Shown in pieces: positions 1 through 9,891 of a stretch of 64,000 nt of DNA; position 1 is the stretch's first letter; each line of letters starts with the position of its first letter. Source of the DNA: Lama glama. Taxonomy: Eukaryota. The notes beneath the pieces are model-generated. The model ran no database searches. It was given only the letters and a program-made list of their open reading frames with translations, and was not told the DNA's origin. The position numbers were made by a program, and so were the translations under genes. The stretch is taken from NCBI GenBank assembly GCA_028534125.1, contig CM052841.1:65348001-65412000 (forward strand), read 5' to 3'.

Positions 1-212
1 CGTGAGACCACACAGATGCTGAAGACTTCGTGTCTTCAAAAACCTTCACAACTCTTCTTCCTTCGAGCTCACATCCAACCCATCAACAAACCTGTAACCT
101 TCCTTACAAAACACTGATTCATCCCATCTCCCTGAGTCCCCATCACCCCTGGAGAATGGCAGCAGATTCCTTAACCATCTCCCTGCTGCACCCTCAAAAT
201 CCGTTCTCCACA

Positions 213-688
213 TGAGACAGGAGGGAAGGGGATGGGGCACAACCATTAAAAGAATGACACAGCAACTGAGGATAGGTTAATTGGTTAGAACCAACTTGGC
301 CCAAGATGGTGGAAGACTCGGCTTCTGATAGAGCTTGACCCTCACCATGGGCTCACCGTAACACACTAGCTGCTGCATGGCTCACCCACAGGTGCCATGA
401 CAGCTCCCAGGCTGAGCATAGGCGGCCAAAAAGTAGGCGGGCTCAATTCCTGGAAACCCCCACCCCTTCCCCAAATAGTTGGAATAGTCCTCCCACTCGT
501 TAGCCTAGGAAATTACCCAGCCTGTAAAAGCTAACAACCCCAAACGCTGGGGCCGCCTCTCTTGTCTTCTGAGATGGCCTGCACGCTGTCTACGGAGTGT
601 GTATCTCCCTAAATAAATCTACTTTCACTTTATGACTCACTCTTGAATTCTTGCCTGTGTGAGACAAGAACCTATATTCTCCAGCTAC
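213..688 (+). mobile_element. ERV1 solo LTR, MER41-like
   Basis: Begins with TG at 213. Carries MER41-like blocks in the expected order (CCAAGATGG, CCCAC..GCCATGACAG, TTCCTGGAA, AATAAA-TCTACTTTCACTTTA, TGAATTCTT..CAAGAACC). Flanked by direct repeat CCACA at 208-212 and 689-693 (probable TSD). The 3' end is not a perfect CA. Family assigned from recalled consensus. Confidence 0.75.
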
Positions 689-693
689 CCACA

Positions 694-1030
694 GAGCAGC
701 TTGTTAGCACTCCAGAAGCTTCCGCTGCTCTTGGGATAAAATCCATGCTCCTCCCCGGGCCCACAGCCCCCCGGCTAAGGCAGCCAAGGGCCCTCCCTCT
801 CCCTGCTCTGCGCCCTCCTTTCATTGCCCAGAGGCATCAGCCCCACCCTGCCTTGGCTTTGGGCTTGCTTCTCCCTCTGCCTGGAACACCTGGGCCCCAG
901 ATTGTCACCTGCCCGCCCCTTCTTGTCATCCAGATCTTAGCTCAAAAGTCAAGTCCCCCACTCCAAAGGCCTTCCGTGAAGTAGCCACCAGTTAAATCCA
1001 CATCAACCTGTTTTATTCTCTGCAAAGCAC
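694..1030 (+). mobile_element. L2 LINE 3' fragment, interrupted upstream by the LTR
   Basis: Degenerate L2-type motifs (GGATAAAATCCA, CCCTCTGCCTGGAACAC, CAGATCTTAGCTCAAAAGTCA, AGGCCTTCC). Boundaries approximate. Confidence 0.55.
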
Positions 1031-1317
1031 CGGGCCCTCACGGACTGCGTGTCTTCTCCTCTAGAAGGGGAGGGGCCCAGGATCAGGGGCCTAAGATCCC
1101 AGGGCCCAGATGTGAGGGGTTGCAGAATGGCCCACTGCGTGAACATCTGCTTGGCTCCTGCCCCTACAGGCTGAGGGCCTGGCAGGGATCAGCCGGCAGC
1201 CTGGGCAGGGAGACGCAGTCTGCTGATCGCAGGTCTGGGTGAGCATCCTGAGCTGCCTTCCCACCCCCACGGTGTGCACACGTTGCAGCTCACTGGAAGC
1301 TAATTCCGCCAAAATAC

Positions 1318-1346
<29 letters not shown>
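1318..1346. repeat. (CA)n microsatellite, about 14 units
   Basis: Uninterrupted CA run read directly. Confidence 0.95.
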
Positions 1347-1349
<3 letters not shown>

Positions 1350-1564
1350 CAAACTCCCTCGGGAATCCGGCTCAGCGGGGGCCTTGATGGGCCCCACCCC
1401 ACTCCAAGGACCTGAAGTCCCCCTCCCAGCCCACAAACCAGAGGGACCAGCACCTCCAGTCAACTTTGCTGCAGCCACCCCGCAGCCTTCTGACCCCTGG
1501 GAGCCGCGACCCTGCTGAGGAAGCAGGTCAAGCCCCAGGGGCCTGGCCACTGAGCTGGTCACCA

Positions 1565-1775
1565 TTCTGTGGTCAAGGGCACGAAGCCCAGCTCCACCAT
1601 GTGTGACCCCAAGTAAGTGTCCTAACCTCTCTGTGCCTCACCTGTGAGACTGGACTCTGACACGCTGCAGGATGTTTCCTCGAGCTAAGTGAAATCATGA
1701 CTACATTGAAGAATGTGTTTAATGTGATTAGCACAGAATTCGGCACTTTTAAGCAATAGATACACGGGAATTATT
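1565..1775 (+). mobile_element. MIR SINE relic
   Basis: Contains TGTGTGACC..AAGT..CTAACCTCTCTGTGCCTCA core and a TAGCACAG..GGCAC tail. Boundaries approximate. Confidence 0.55.
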
Positions 1776-4700
1776 CTTTTCTTCTTATTAATAAAGCACA
1801 TGGAAAAGGGACAACCAGAGCTCTGTGAATGACTGAGGGGCAAGGGCAGGATGTTCAAAGGAACAAAAGCCTTTGCGTCCAGATTCATCAAGAAGATAGT
1901 ACATTATATACAGAGAGAAGGCATTTTATTATTATATGTAAGGTAAGATATTGTGAATTGAACCCACTCTTTTGCTCTGAAATCCCCTCTGGAAAGGAGG
2001 GTACACATCAGGACACAGAATTTCCTGAAGGACCCAAAATTAGGCTCCATCCACCAAAAAGCTGGAGACTCTTCAGTAGCAACGAGCAAGATGCCCACCG
2101 GTCAGTGGCCCCACCAGGCCTGCTTTTCCAAGGACCGGGCCAAGGGGGAAAGTATGGACCTGGACAGAAGACGCTACAGGAAATCACTTTGTCTGTCCAA
2201 TTACTTCCTTCCTCTGCAGCGGGCAGGCCATGTGCTGTGGGACCAGCGGGGGCTGTGACAGATGCCCTGGGAGCACACCCTCCATCCTCTCCTGGAGTCC
2301 CCCAGCCTCTCCCCGTGCTCCGGGGCCAGCTCGAGCGGCTTGCTGCAGAGTCCCTCAGCTCCTTGTCCTACAGCGCCACCCTCTGGCGAGTCAGAATAGG
2401 AGGCCCAAGAAGGTGCCTGGCCCTTCCCTCTCTGTCTCCTTCCCTCCCTGAGCTTGGTCCTTCCCTCCTCATTAATTATTTGTGCCTGCACAAAGCCCTA
2501 GGTCTGATTCCGGCCGATTCTGCCTTCTCGGGTGTCCTTTCGCATCGGCCAAACACCCGTCCTCACTCACGCTGACTCTGGCCAGGGCGGGGGCAGGAGG
2601 GCCTCCCGGCACAGCTGGGGTCCCTGACTATCCTTCGTGACCCAGGGTAGAGTCCCAGAAGCTTCCAGCCTGCAGGGGTCTTGGGGATCATCTGCTGACT
2701 ACCCCCTCCATCACCATCCTCCCCACCTCACAGATGGAAAAGAGATGGCCTGAGTCCACTCAATGAGCCAGCCCAAGCCAGTGACCCCTCCACTACGTGT
2801 TCCAGAGCCTGCCCTCCAAAACTGCTTCTCCGCTAAAGATGGGCAGAAACAGAGCTCAGCTTCCCATCCCAAGTTGTCATAATCACGTGCCAATAAATGC
2901 CACATGAGTGAGCATGGCTGTCACCTGAGATATGGCCTTGAGCCCCTGTTTTTGCATATTTCCCTGCTGGTTGGCATTGGGAACATTCTACCTCCTGTTC
3001 GGGTTTCTTGGCAACACCTTCGTCAGAGATTTAACCAAACAAAGAGGCCCACGCGTACTACCCTCACGAGCCACAGGGAGGCGGCCAGTCTGGACCCTCC
3101 CCCTGCCAGCTTGAAGTTCTCAGAAGTCCCCTCGAGGTGAGAGGAAGGCAGTGCCCGTGTGGATGTGCACTTGGCAGGAGCCAGGGAGCAAGCACGGGCC
3201 TGGGGTGTTGCGCCAGGACTCACAAAGCTGGGAGGGGCTTGAGGACACAGCCAGTCCTGCCAGAGAAGACAGAGGGCTGCATTCACTTAGCAGCCAAACT
3301 AGGGCTGGAGCAGACCTCTTGGCTGGCAGGTCCATCCAGCTTTCTTTTCATGCTGAACCCCTACTGACTTCAGTCTATTTCCAGATTTTTAAATGAGAGT
3401 CCAAACCTCACTGGTTCTCTCATTGCTGCCACCGCCCCCCTACTCTGATATACCCAGATAATGAACAATTTTCTCAGCCAGAAGAAAGAAGTGGGGGTTC
3501 TGGAGTCTGACGTTGGGCAGGATTTTCATCAGGGAAGGTAGCAATGAGCCAATGGCACTCAGTGTCTGCTATCCGCCTGGCAGGGGGCTTCTAGAAGCCT
3601 GAAGAGAAAGCACTGCTCGTAGCCACACATCCAAATCCAGTCCCAAGAGTTCCCTGGACCCAGTTAGAGATCGCATGTCTTTTTGGTTCACTCATCCAAG
3701 CTCCCCAGTGGGTTTCGAACCACAGATTTAGGGTCCAGGGAGAGCACACGTGGGTGACAGCAAGCAGTCCAGCAGCTCAGGTGCCAACGTGGGCCTGGCA
3801 GCCACACAGGTATGTGTTTCCAATCAAGCACCTTCCTTTGCATTTATCCTGATGGACCAGAACTGTCTTTCTGCTGTATTTCTTTTCACTTGGGCAACCC
3901 TTTGATGCTTGAAATCATCATTAGAAGGAATAAAAAAAAAAGTAGGTTGGCTTTTTATACAGGTTCCTAGAACTGAATGTAGCCAAATGATAAACTTGAA
4001 TCCACAAACAGGAAATAGTCTGTGAAGGGGAAATTAGGTCGATGGGTGCCACTGAGCTCTGTGAAATCTGTGAGGGCGGGTCCATCCCCTGTCATAGTCC
4101 CCATGACATTGCCAGCATCTAGAAGGCAACGAGAGAGGGAAAGAGGAAGAGAGAAGAGAGGCAGGGAGAATGCAGGGAGGGAGGGCAGAAGAGAAGAAAT
4201 AATCCACACTCTTTCTGATTTCTGAAGCTCCATGGGATTTTGAACTAAACCAACAAAAATGATTGAGAACAGCACGACCCTGAAGCCCACAAATTGTCCA
4301 AATCCTTGTCCAACCCATTTATTTACAGAGCAGAGAGATTATTAGCACCTTAGCCTGGCCCATGTCATTCAAATCCCTTGTCCCCTCCATGTTAAAGGCT
4401 GGTTTTGGCAGGAAGGCCCAGGGCAAAGGACGGGGTAGGGGGCTGACTTCCCCAGCAGGGGCCCTAACCTGCCACAGGAAAAGCTCTGCCTGCTAGTCTC
4501 AGTGGCCCTGCTGTGACGTGCATAATTGCTCTTCTCCTGAGCCAAGGGCAGAGCCCTCACTACGACCACTGAAGTGGGCAGTATCTTCTGCACCTTACAC
4601 CTGGGAAATGCCCAGCCCAGGAAATGTCTGCTCAAGGTCACAGAGCAGGGCTGGGGTAATGGTGAGACAGGTAAGGCCCTGGCCATGGGTACAAACCATT

Positions 4701-4993
4701 TGACTTTACCCCAAACTCAGTAACCAAGACAAATCATCTTTTCATGCAATATTTTTCAATCAAAATTTTAAAATCCCTGATGCACAAACTAGCAACAGTT
4801 TCCAGAAAGACTTGCATGATTCATCTCCCTTGCCTCACCTTGGCCCCAGCCCTGGATTCTAGAGCCAGGGTTCTACTTCAAGTCTGGCTGATTCTGGATT
4901 CCATGACCTCAACCATGCCACTCCCTCTGTGTTATACTGCCCCTGGCCCCAGCTACCCAGAAGACCTCAAGACCATTCTCAAAAAACTTTGAG

Positions 4994-5127
4994 AGGAGAG
5001 GGTATAGCTTAGTGGTAGAGTGTATGCTTAGCAGGCATGAAGTCCTGGGTTCAATCCCCAGTACCTCCATTAAAATAAATAAACAAACAAACCTAATTAC
5101 CTTCTCCTCCAAAAAATTAATAAAAAA
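4994..5127 (+). mobile_element. tRNA-derived SINE, camelid Vic-1-like
   Basis: A-box region GGTATAGCTTAGTGGTAGAG, B-box GGTTCAATCCCC, then an A-rich tail. Flanked by a near-perfect TSD: AAAAAACTTTGAG (4981-4993) and AAAAAGCTTTGAG (5128-5140). Confidence 0.85.
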
Positions 5128-6549
5128 AAAAAGCTTTGAGCACATCTCCCCATGTGACTTTGAGCCAGGCGAGCATAACAAGGCCTTTTCCACACTCAGG
5201 CCTGGGGGGAGAGGTGGTTGAGTGGCATTCAGTGGAAAGGGAGGTGGGGCTGGGGTGGGGAGGAAGCTGGTAAGAACCACAGCTCAGCCAGAGGCCCAGG
5301 CCTGTTCCTGACCCAAAGCCAAACCCAAGCCAAGTGCCCTAGGTGGAGCAGAAGGACGTGGGTTCTATAGGTCAGCCATGGGCCTCTCCCACCCTTGCAT
5401 CTCACTATAAACCTCTGATGTTAATGTCTTTGTAGCAAAGGGAAAGCTGAGGTCTAGGCAAGAGAGATGAGCTGTCCAGAGCAGGAGCAAGGCCAGAGCC
5501 CAGGCCTTCTGCAGGCTAGTTCGTGCAGCTGTCCGCCTTCCCTGGAAAACAGCAGTGGCTCATTCTCCTTCTCTGTTTGTGTCGTTCTGTGAGTGCTTGG
5601 TTGGGGCCCTTCTGGGGCTCTGGGTCCATCCAGAGACTGATGGTTTAAAAGAAAGCAATTTCAAAGGACTGAATGGGCAGGGGCTGGAATCTGAAGCTAA
5701 AGGATCCTAAAGGAAGTGAGAGGCTGGGGAGGTGTTGGAGTCCTGAAAAGGGAGCCCAGACAGGGGTCTGGGTGCTGGCGTGGCCGTTCTGGGCCCCTGG
5801 TGAAGACTGGGTGATTGGGAGCCTGGTTCTGGACATGACCTCTCACTCCCTTTCTCTCCCCTGAGTTCTCCAAGCCTCTCCCCTCCCAGGGAAGGGCCCA
5901 AGGCAGCTGAGGTAGGGGGCTGGAGCCCAGCGGGACAGGGGGGAAGAGGCCTGCCTCCTGCTGTGTCAGCGGAGCTCTCAGAAGATTAGTAACCTGTCAT
6001 GGTTCACGCCCAGCTTTGCTGGACCTTCTGCCCCTCCAGGACCAACCAGGCTCCTTTCTCAAAGGAAGGAGTGGGTCACCCACTCAGGATCCCCTGGATG
6101 CTTAGTAATATGCCAATTCCTGGGCTTCTTCCCAGTTAAACAAGAGCCCAGGTGAGTACACACCTATCTCTCAGACTGCGGACAGGCTGGGATGAAAGAA
6201 CCTCCCGGGGTGATGGAGAAAAGAGAAAGGAGGAGGCACAGCAGTGGAGGTGGAAGCCCTCGAATAGGAATAAAACAATGTTAGTGAGAGAGGGCTGAAT
6301 CCCAGAGGAAATTCCCAAATGGAATAAATGGCACAGAATGCTTTATATCACAATAGCCTGTGGTAATTCAGTACTAATGACAGTATACTAACAACCTGTT
6401 AAAGATTCTGGGGCTCCGAGCAGGCCGGGGACGCGGGCTAGAGCTGCAGGAAGCTGGCGTCCTTGCTGCTCTTTTCCACCTAAGAGGTTGGCTCCCTCGC
6501 CCCTACTCCCCACCAGCCTTACGCTTCAGCTCTGATACCCGGGTGTACC

Positions 6550-7800
6550 CAGCACCACCGGAGGCATCACTTTCGCGGGGCGCAGGATCCAAAACAAACC
6601 CCAGCCTAAGACCCGAGGCCAGAAAAAGTCCTTGCGCCGCTGGATGCAGTTCCGCCCGGGGCAGGGGCGGGGCGGCTCGGCCCGCCCGCGGGCAGCGCGG
6701 GATCGGACTTGCCTGCTGCTTCGCGGAGTCCGCGGATCCTGGCCCTGGGGCGTTACGATCTCTAACAAAACCAGGACGACTGGTCCCTTTGACCCACACT
6801 GGGACCTTGGGGTCAGGGGGAGATGAGGTTCTTCCAGTGATGCAGACGCAGGCCCGGCGCAGGGGTGAAGCGGGAGAATGGAGAGGGGAGCGGGGTCTCC
6901 AGAGGCGCCCAGAGCAGGCCAGTTGACGGCTGGCCAGGAAGAGCCAGGCAGCGCAGGCTCCTCGTGATTTATGCTCCCCTCTCCATCTACCAAATGAAAA
7001 TGAACGACCGGCTAGCTCGCCCCGCCACGGGAGGCGCCCACTGCAGCGGCCGCCGGGCTGGGGCAGGGGCCTGTCGGCTCGCGGCCCCTCGGCGCCCGCC
7101 CTCCCGCCTCCCTGACCCGACAGCTTGCAGCCGAGCCGGGCTCGCCGTCCCCGGGGAGCCGCCCGTCCTCGCCCCCAGTCCGGCCGGCGGCAGGGCCGCT
7201 TCCAATCTGCCGGCGGGCGCAGGGGGGAGAGCGCGGGGAGCCGGGCGAGAGGCCACCGCCGGCCTCGTCAGAGGGAGAAGAAAGTTTCTGCTCCAACCGG
7301 GTTGCCGGGCTTCCCTGGGCCGCGGCTCGGCTTTGGGGGTATTCGGGTGCCTCACTAATCTGCTGCGGTCTCAGACACTGAACCCCATCAGGCCCCGGGT
7401 AGTTTTCTGGGGGCCCATGGGGAGGGGGCCAGGAGCGCGCGGGCCGCCAGGGAAGGCCGGGGCTCCCGGAGCGGGGCGAGCAAAGAACGTCTTGGGCCCT
7501 CGGGATACGGATGGAAGTGCGTAGGCTCGGCTCCCTCCGCCCTTTGACCGCAGACCCGGATCGCGATCCCTGGCGTCCAGGCGGAATGGATCCAGGCCCC
7601 CAACGCGCTTCAGACCTGCCCGCCTCCCTGGGCCCCGGCACCGGAGACCGAGCCCTGAAACGTGCGGAGCTAGAGCACCGGAGCTGAGTCAGGGAGTTGG
7701 GGTGAGGGGCGAGTTATTCACAGTGAAAAGACCATGTATCCAGCGCTGCTTTGAAAATAAATCCTCAAGCGAGCTCCGGCTCCGTGCGAAATGAGAAGCC
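6550..7800. promoter_or_regulatory. CpG island upstream of BARHL1
   Basis: Visibly dense CG dinucleotides and very high GC, GC-box GGGGCGGGGC near 6665, TGATTTAT near 6965. Boundaries by eye. Confidence 0.7.
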
Positions 7801-8249
7801 GTTTGCAGAAGTCTATACTCGCACTCGGAAGCTCTTGCGCGTTTCTGTTCAGAGGTACAAAAAACACCCGACTCCCGGGATCCGCGCCACAGGAGAGGCT
7901 GTCAGCTGCGCTGGGGTCTGTTGCGCTGCCTCAGTCGGGCCACACGGCTTTCTCAGGGTCCCCCTAACGTCCCAGACACGATCCTCCCAGATTCTCCACC
8001 CTCGCCCCACAGTGAAGCCGTGGTTCTGGCTCCTTCTAGGTGCAGACACCAGGCTTTCCCATCTCTGCCAGGCCCGCAGGGTCCAAAGAGGTCAGAAGAG
8101 AGGGCTGCAAATTTTCCTACACGAAAAACATCTAGAACCCAAAGAGAATGCCTGAAAAAAATGTAACAAATTAAAATCTCCTCTGCACACAAACAGTTAT
8201 TTTCTGCTGGGTTTAGTCCCTTTCTGTTGCTGGAGGAAGAAAAAAAAAA

Positions 8250-9153
8250 CGACTGGGTGGGGCGGGGGAGGCGGGGAGGGGGAAGAAAAGGGATCTATGA
8301 CAGCCCAGCGGACGAATAATTTGAATAACTGTGGGAAAGTGTAGGGGAAAACTTAAAAAACCTCACATCCCAACCCAACGGCAGCGGCAGCCGGGCTCCG
8401 GACCCCTCCCCGCCAGCCTGTACCCCCCTCGGTTAATCACCCTCATTAGGAGCCTCATCACCAGCCTAATGAAAGCAAACCGTGTGGAAATCACCGGTAA
8501 ACAGTTGGGTCTGTGCTGTAATTAATTCAGTGTCTCTTTTAATCAAACTGAAAGGAATCGGGCAGCGGCTTGCGGAGCCGTGACATCACCCCCAAAATCG
8601 GTCAGAGCCAATCAGCTTCATCACTCCGGGGACACGTGGGCGAGTCCCCTTAAAAAAAAAACACAACACAACGAAAAAAAAAAGAAACAAAAAAAAAACC
8701 AGCCCCAAAGTAAAAGTGACACAAGTTCATTTTTTAAAGAAAGGGGGGGAAGCGAAGGCGCGCGCGGAGGACGGGCTGAGAGCGGCAACCTCGGAGCCAG
8801 GAGGCGCTGTCCACGGTGCTGACGGGCCCCCGGAGCCGTGGGAGCGCGGAAAGAGGACCTCCTGGGCCAGGTGGAGCGTCATGCGCCGAGGGCCGCCACC
8901 GCCGCTCTCCGCGGTGCTGACGCCGCCAGGTGCGCTCCGTTCCCCCGGCTGGTAGCGCGGTCTGGGCCCGCTGCTATCCGCTGTGCTGACCCCACTGCCC
9001 TCGGCCACCGCTCGCCTGGAGGAAGCGTGTGGTTTGGATTTTTAAAAGGCCCTTCTTTATTTAGATTCCAACATTCTCGCATCTCTTCTGTGCCAAAGGG
9101 GAGCTCAGGTCGTCCGTCTCCCCCTTTGCTCTCCCCAACTTGGCGCACCCTCC
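8250..9153 (+). promoter_or_regulatory. BARHL1: BARHL1 proximal promoter / 5' region
   Basis: G-rich tract 8255-8282, TAAT cluster 8434-8527, GTAAACA 8497-8503, TGACATCA 8581-8588, CCAAT 8608-8612, CACGTG 8633-8638, then CpG-rich sequence running into the exon-1 gap. TSS cannot be placed. Confidence 0.65.
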
Positions 9154-9533
9154 NNNNNNNNNNNNNNNNNNNNNNNNNNNNNNNNNNNNNNNNNNNNNNN
9201 NNNNNNNNNNNNNNNNNNNNNNNNNNNNNNNNNNNNNNNNNNNNNNNNNNNNNNNNNNNNNNNNNNNNNNNNNNNNNNNNNNNNNAAGGNNNNNNNNNNN
9301 NNNNNNNNNNNNNNNNNNNNNNNNNNNNNNNNNNNNNNNNNNNNNNNNNNNNNNNNNNNNNNNNNNNNNNNNNNNNNNNNNNNNNNNNNNNNNNNNNNNN
9401 NNNNNNNNNNNNNNNNNNNNNNNNNNNNNNNNNNNNNNNNNNNNNNNNNNNNNNNNNNNNNNNNNNNNNNNNNNNNNNNNNNNNNNNNNNNNNNNNNNNN
9501 NNNNNNNNNNNNNNNNNNNNNNNNNNNNNNNNN
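9154..9533. other. Assembly gap covering the BARHL1 start codon
   Basis: N-run with a 4-nt island (AAGG, 9286-9289). Confidence 0.99.
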
Positions 9534-9891
9534 GAGCTGAGTCCACGCTCGGAGAGCAGCAGCGACTGCTCTTCACCAGCCTCGCCAGGAAGAGACTGTT
9601 TGGAGACGGGTGCCCCGCGGCCTGGCGGGGCATCAGGCCCAGGTTTGGACTCCCACCTGCAGCCTGGGCAGCTCTCAGCCCCAGCCCAGTCTCGTACCGT
9701 GACCTCCTCCTTTCTGATCAGGGACATCCTTGCCGACTGCAAACCACTCGCGGCCTGTGCACCCTACTCTAGCAGCGGGCAGCCAGCCGCTCCCGAGCCT
9801 GGGGGCCGTCTTGCGGCCAAGGCCGGGGAGGACTTTAGAGACAAGCTGGACAAAAGTGGCAGCAACGCCTCATCGGACTCTGAGTATAAAG
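9534..9891 (+). CDS. BARHL1: BarH-like homeobox 1, coding exon 1 (5' part in gap; ATG expected near 9426)
   Basis: Translates ELSPRSESSSDCSSPASPGRDCLETG..SSFLIRDILADCKP..SSDSEYK, including the FIL/eh1-type motif FLIRDIL. Donor G|GTAAG after 9891, phase 1. The ATG estimate assumes 36 missing codons as recalled for human. Confidence 0.97.

Noticed and set aside
1829-2575. 248-aa ORF
   Set aside because: No recognisable domain or convincing splice structure; likely a chance ORF in GC-rich DNA.
1-4000. Possible 3' exon of the expected upstream neighbour CFAP77
   Set aside because: No translation resembling CFAP77 was seen; the gene probably ends left of the window.
4994-5070. tRNA-like sequence with A and B boxes
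   Set aside because: It has an A-rich tail, a TSD and a second diverged copy in the window, so it is a SINE rather than a tRNA gene.
6526-7641. Several overlapping 120-220 aa ORFs rich in Arg, Gly, Pro and Ala
   Set aside because: Expected from stop-codon scarcity in a CpG island; no homology recognised.
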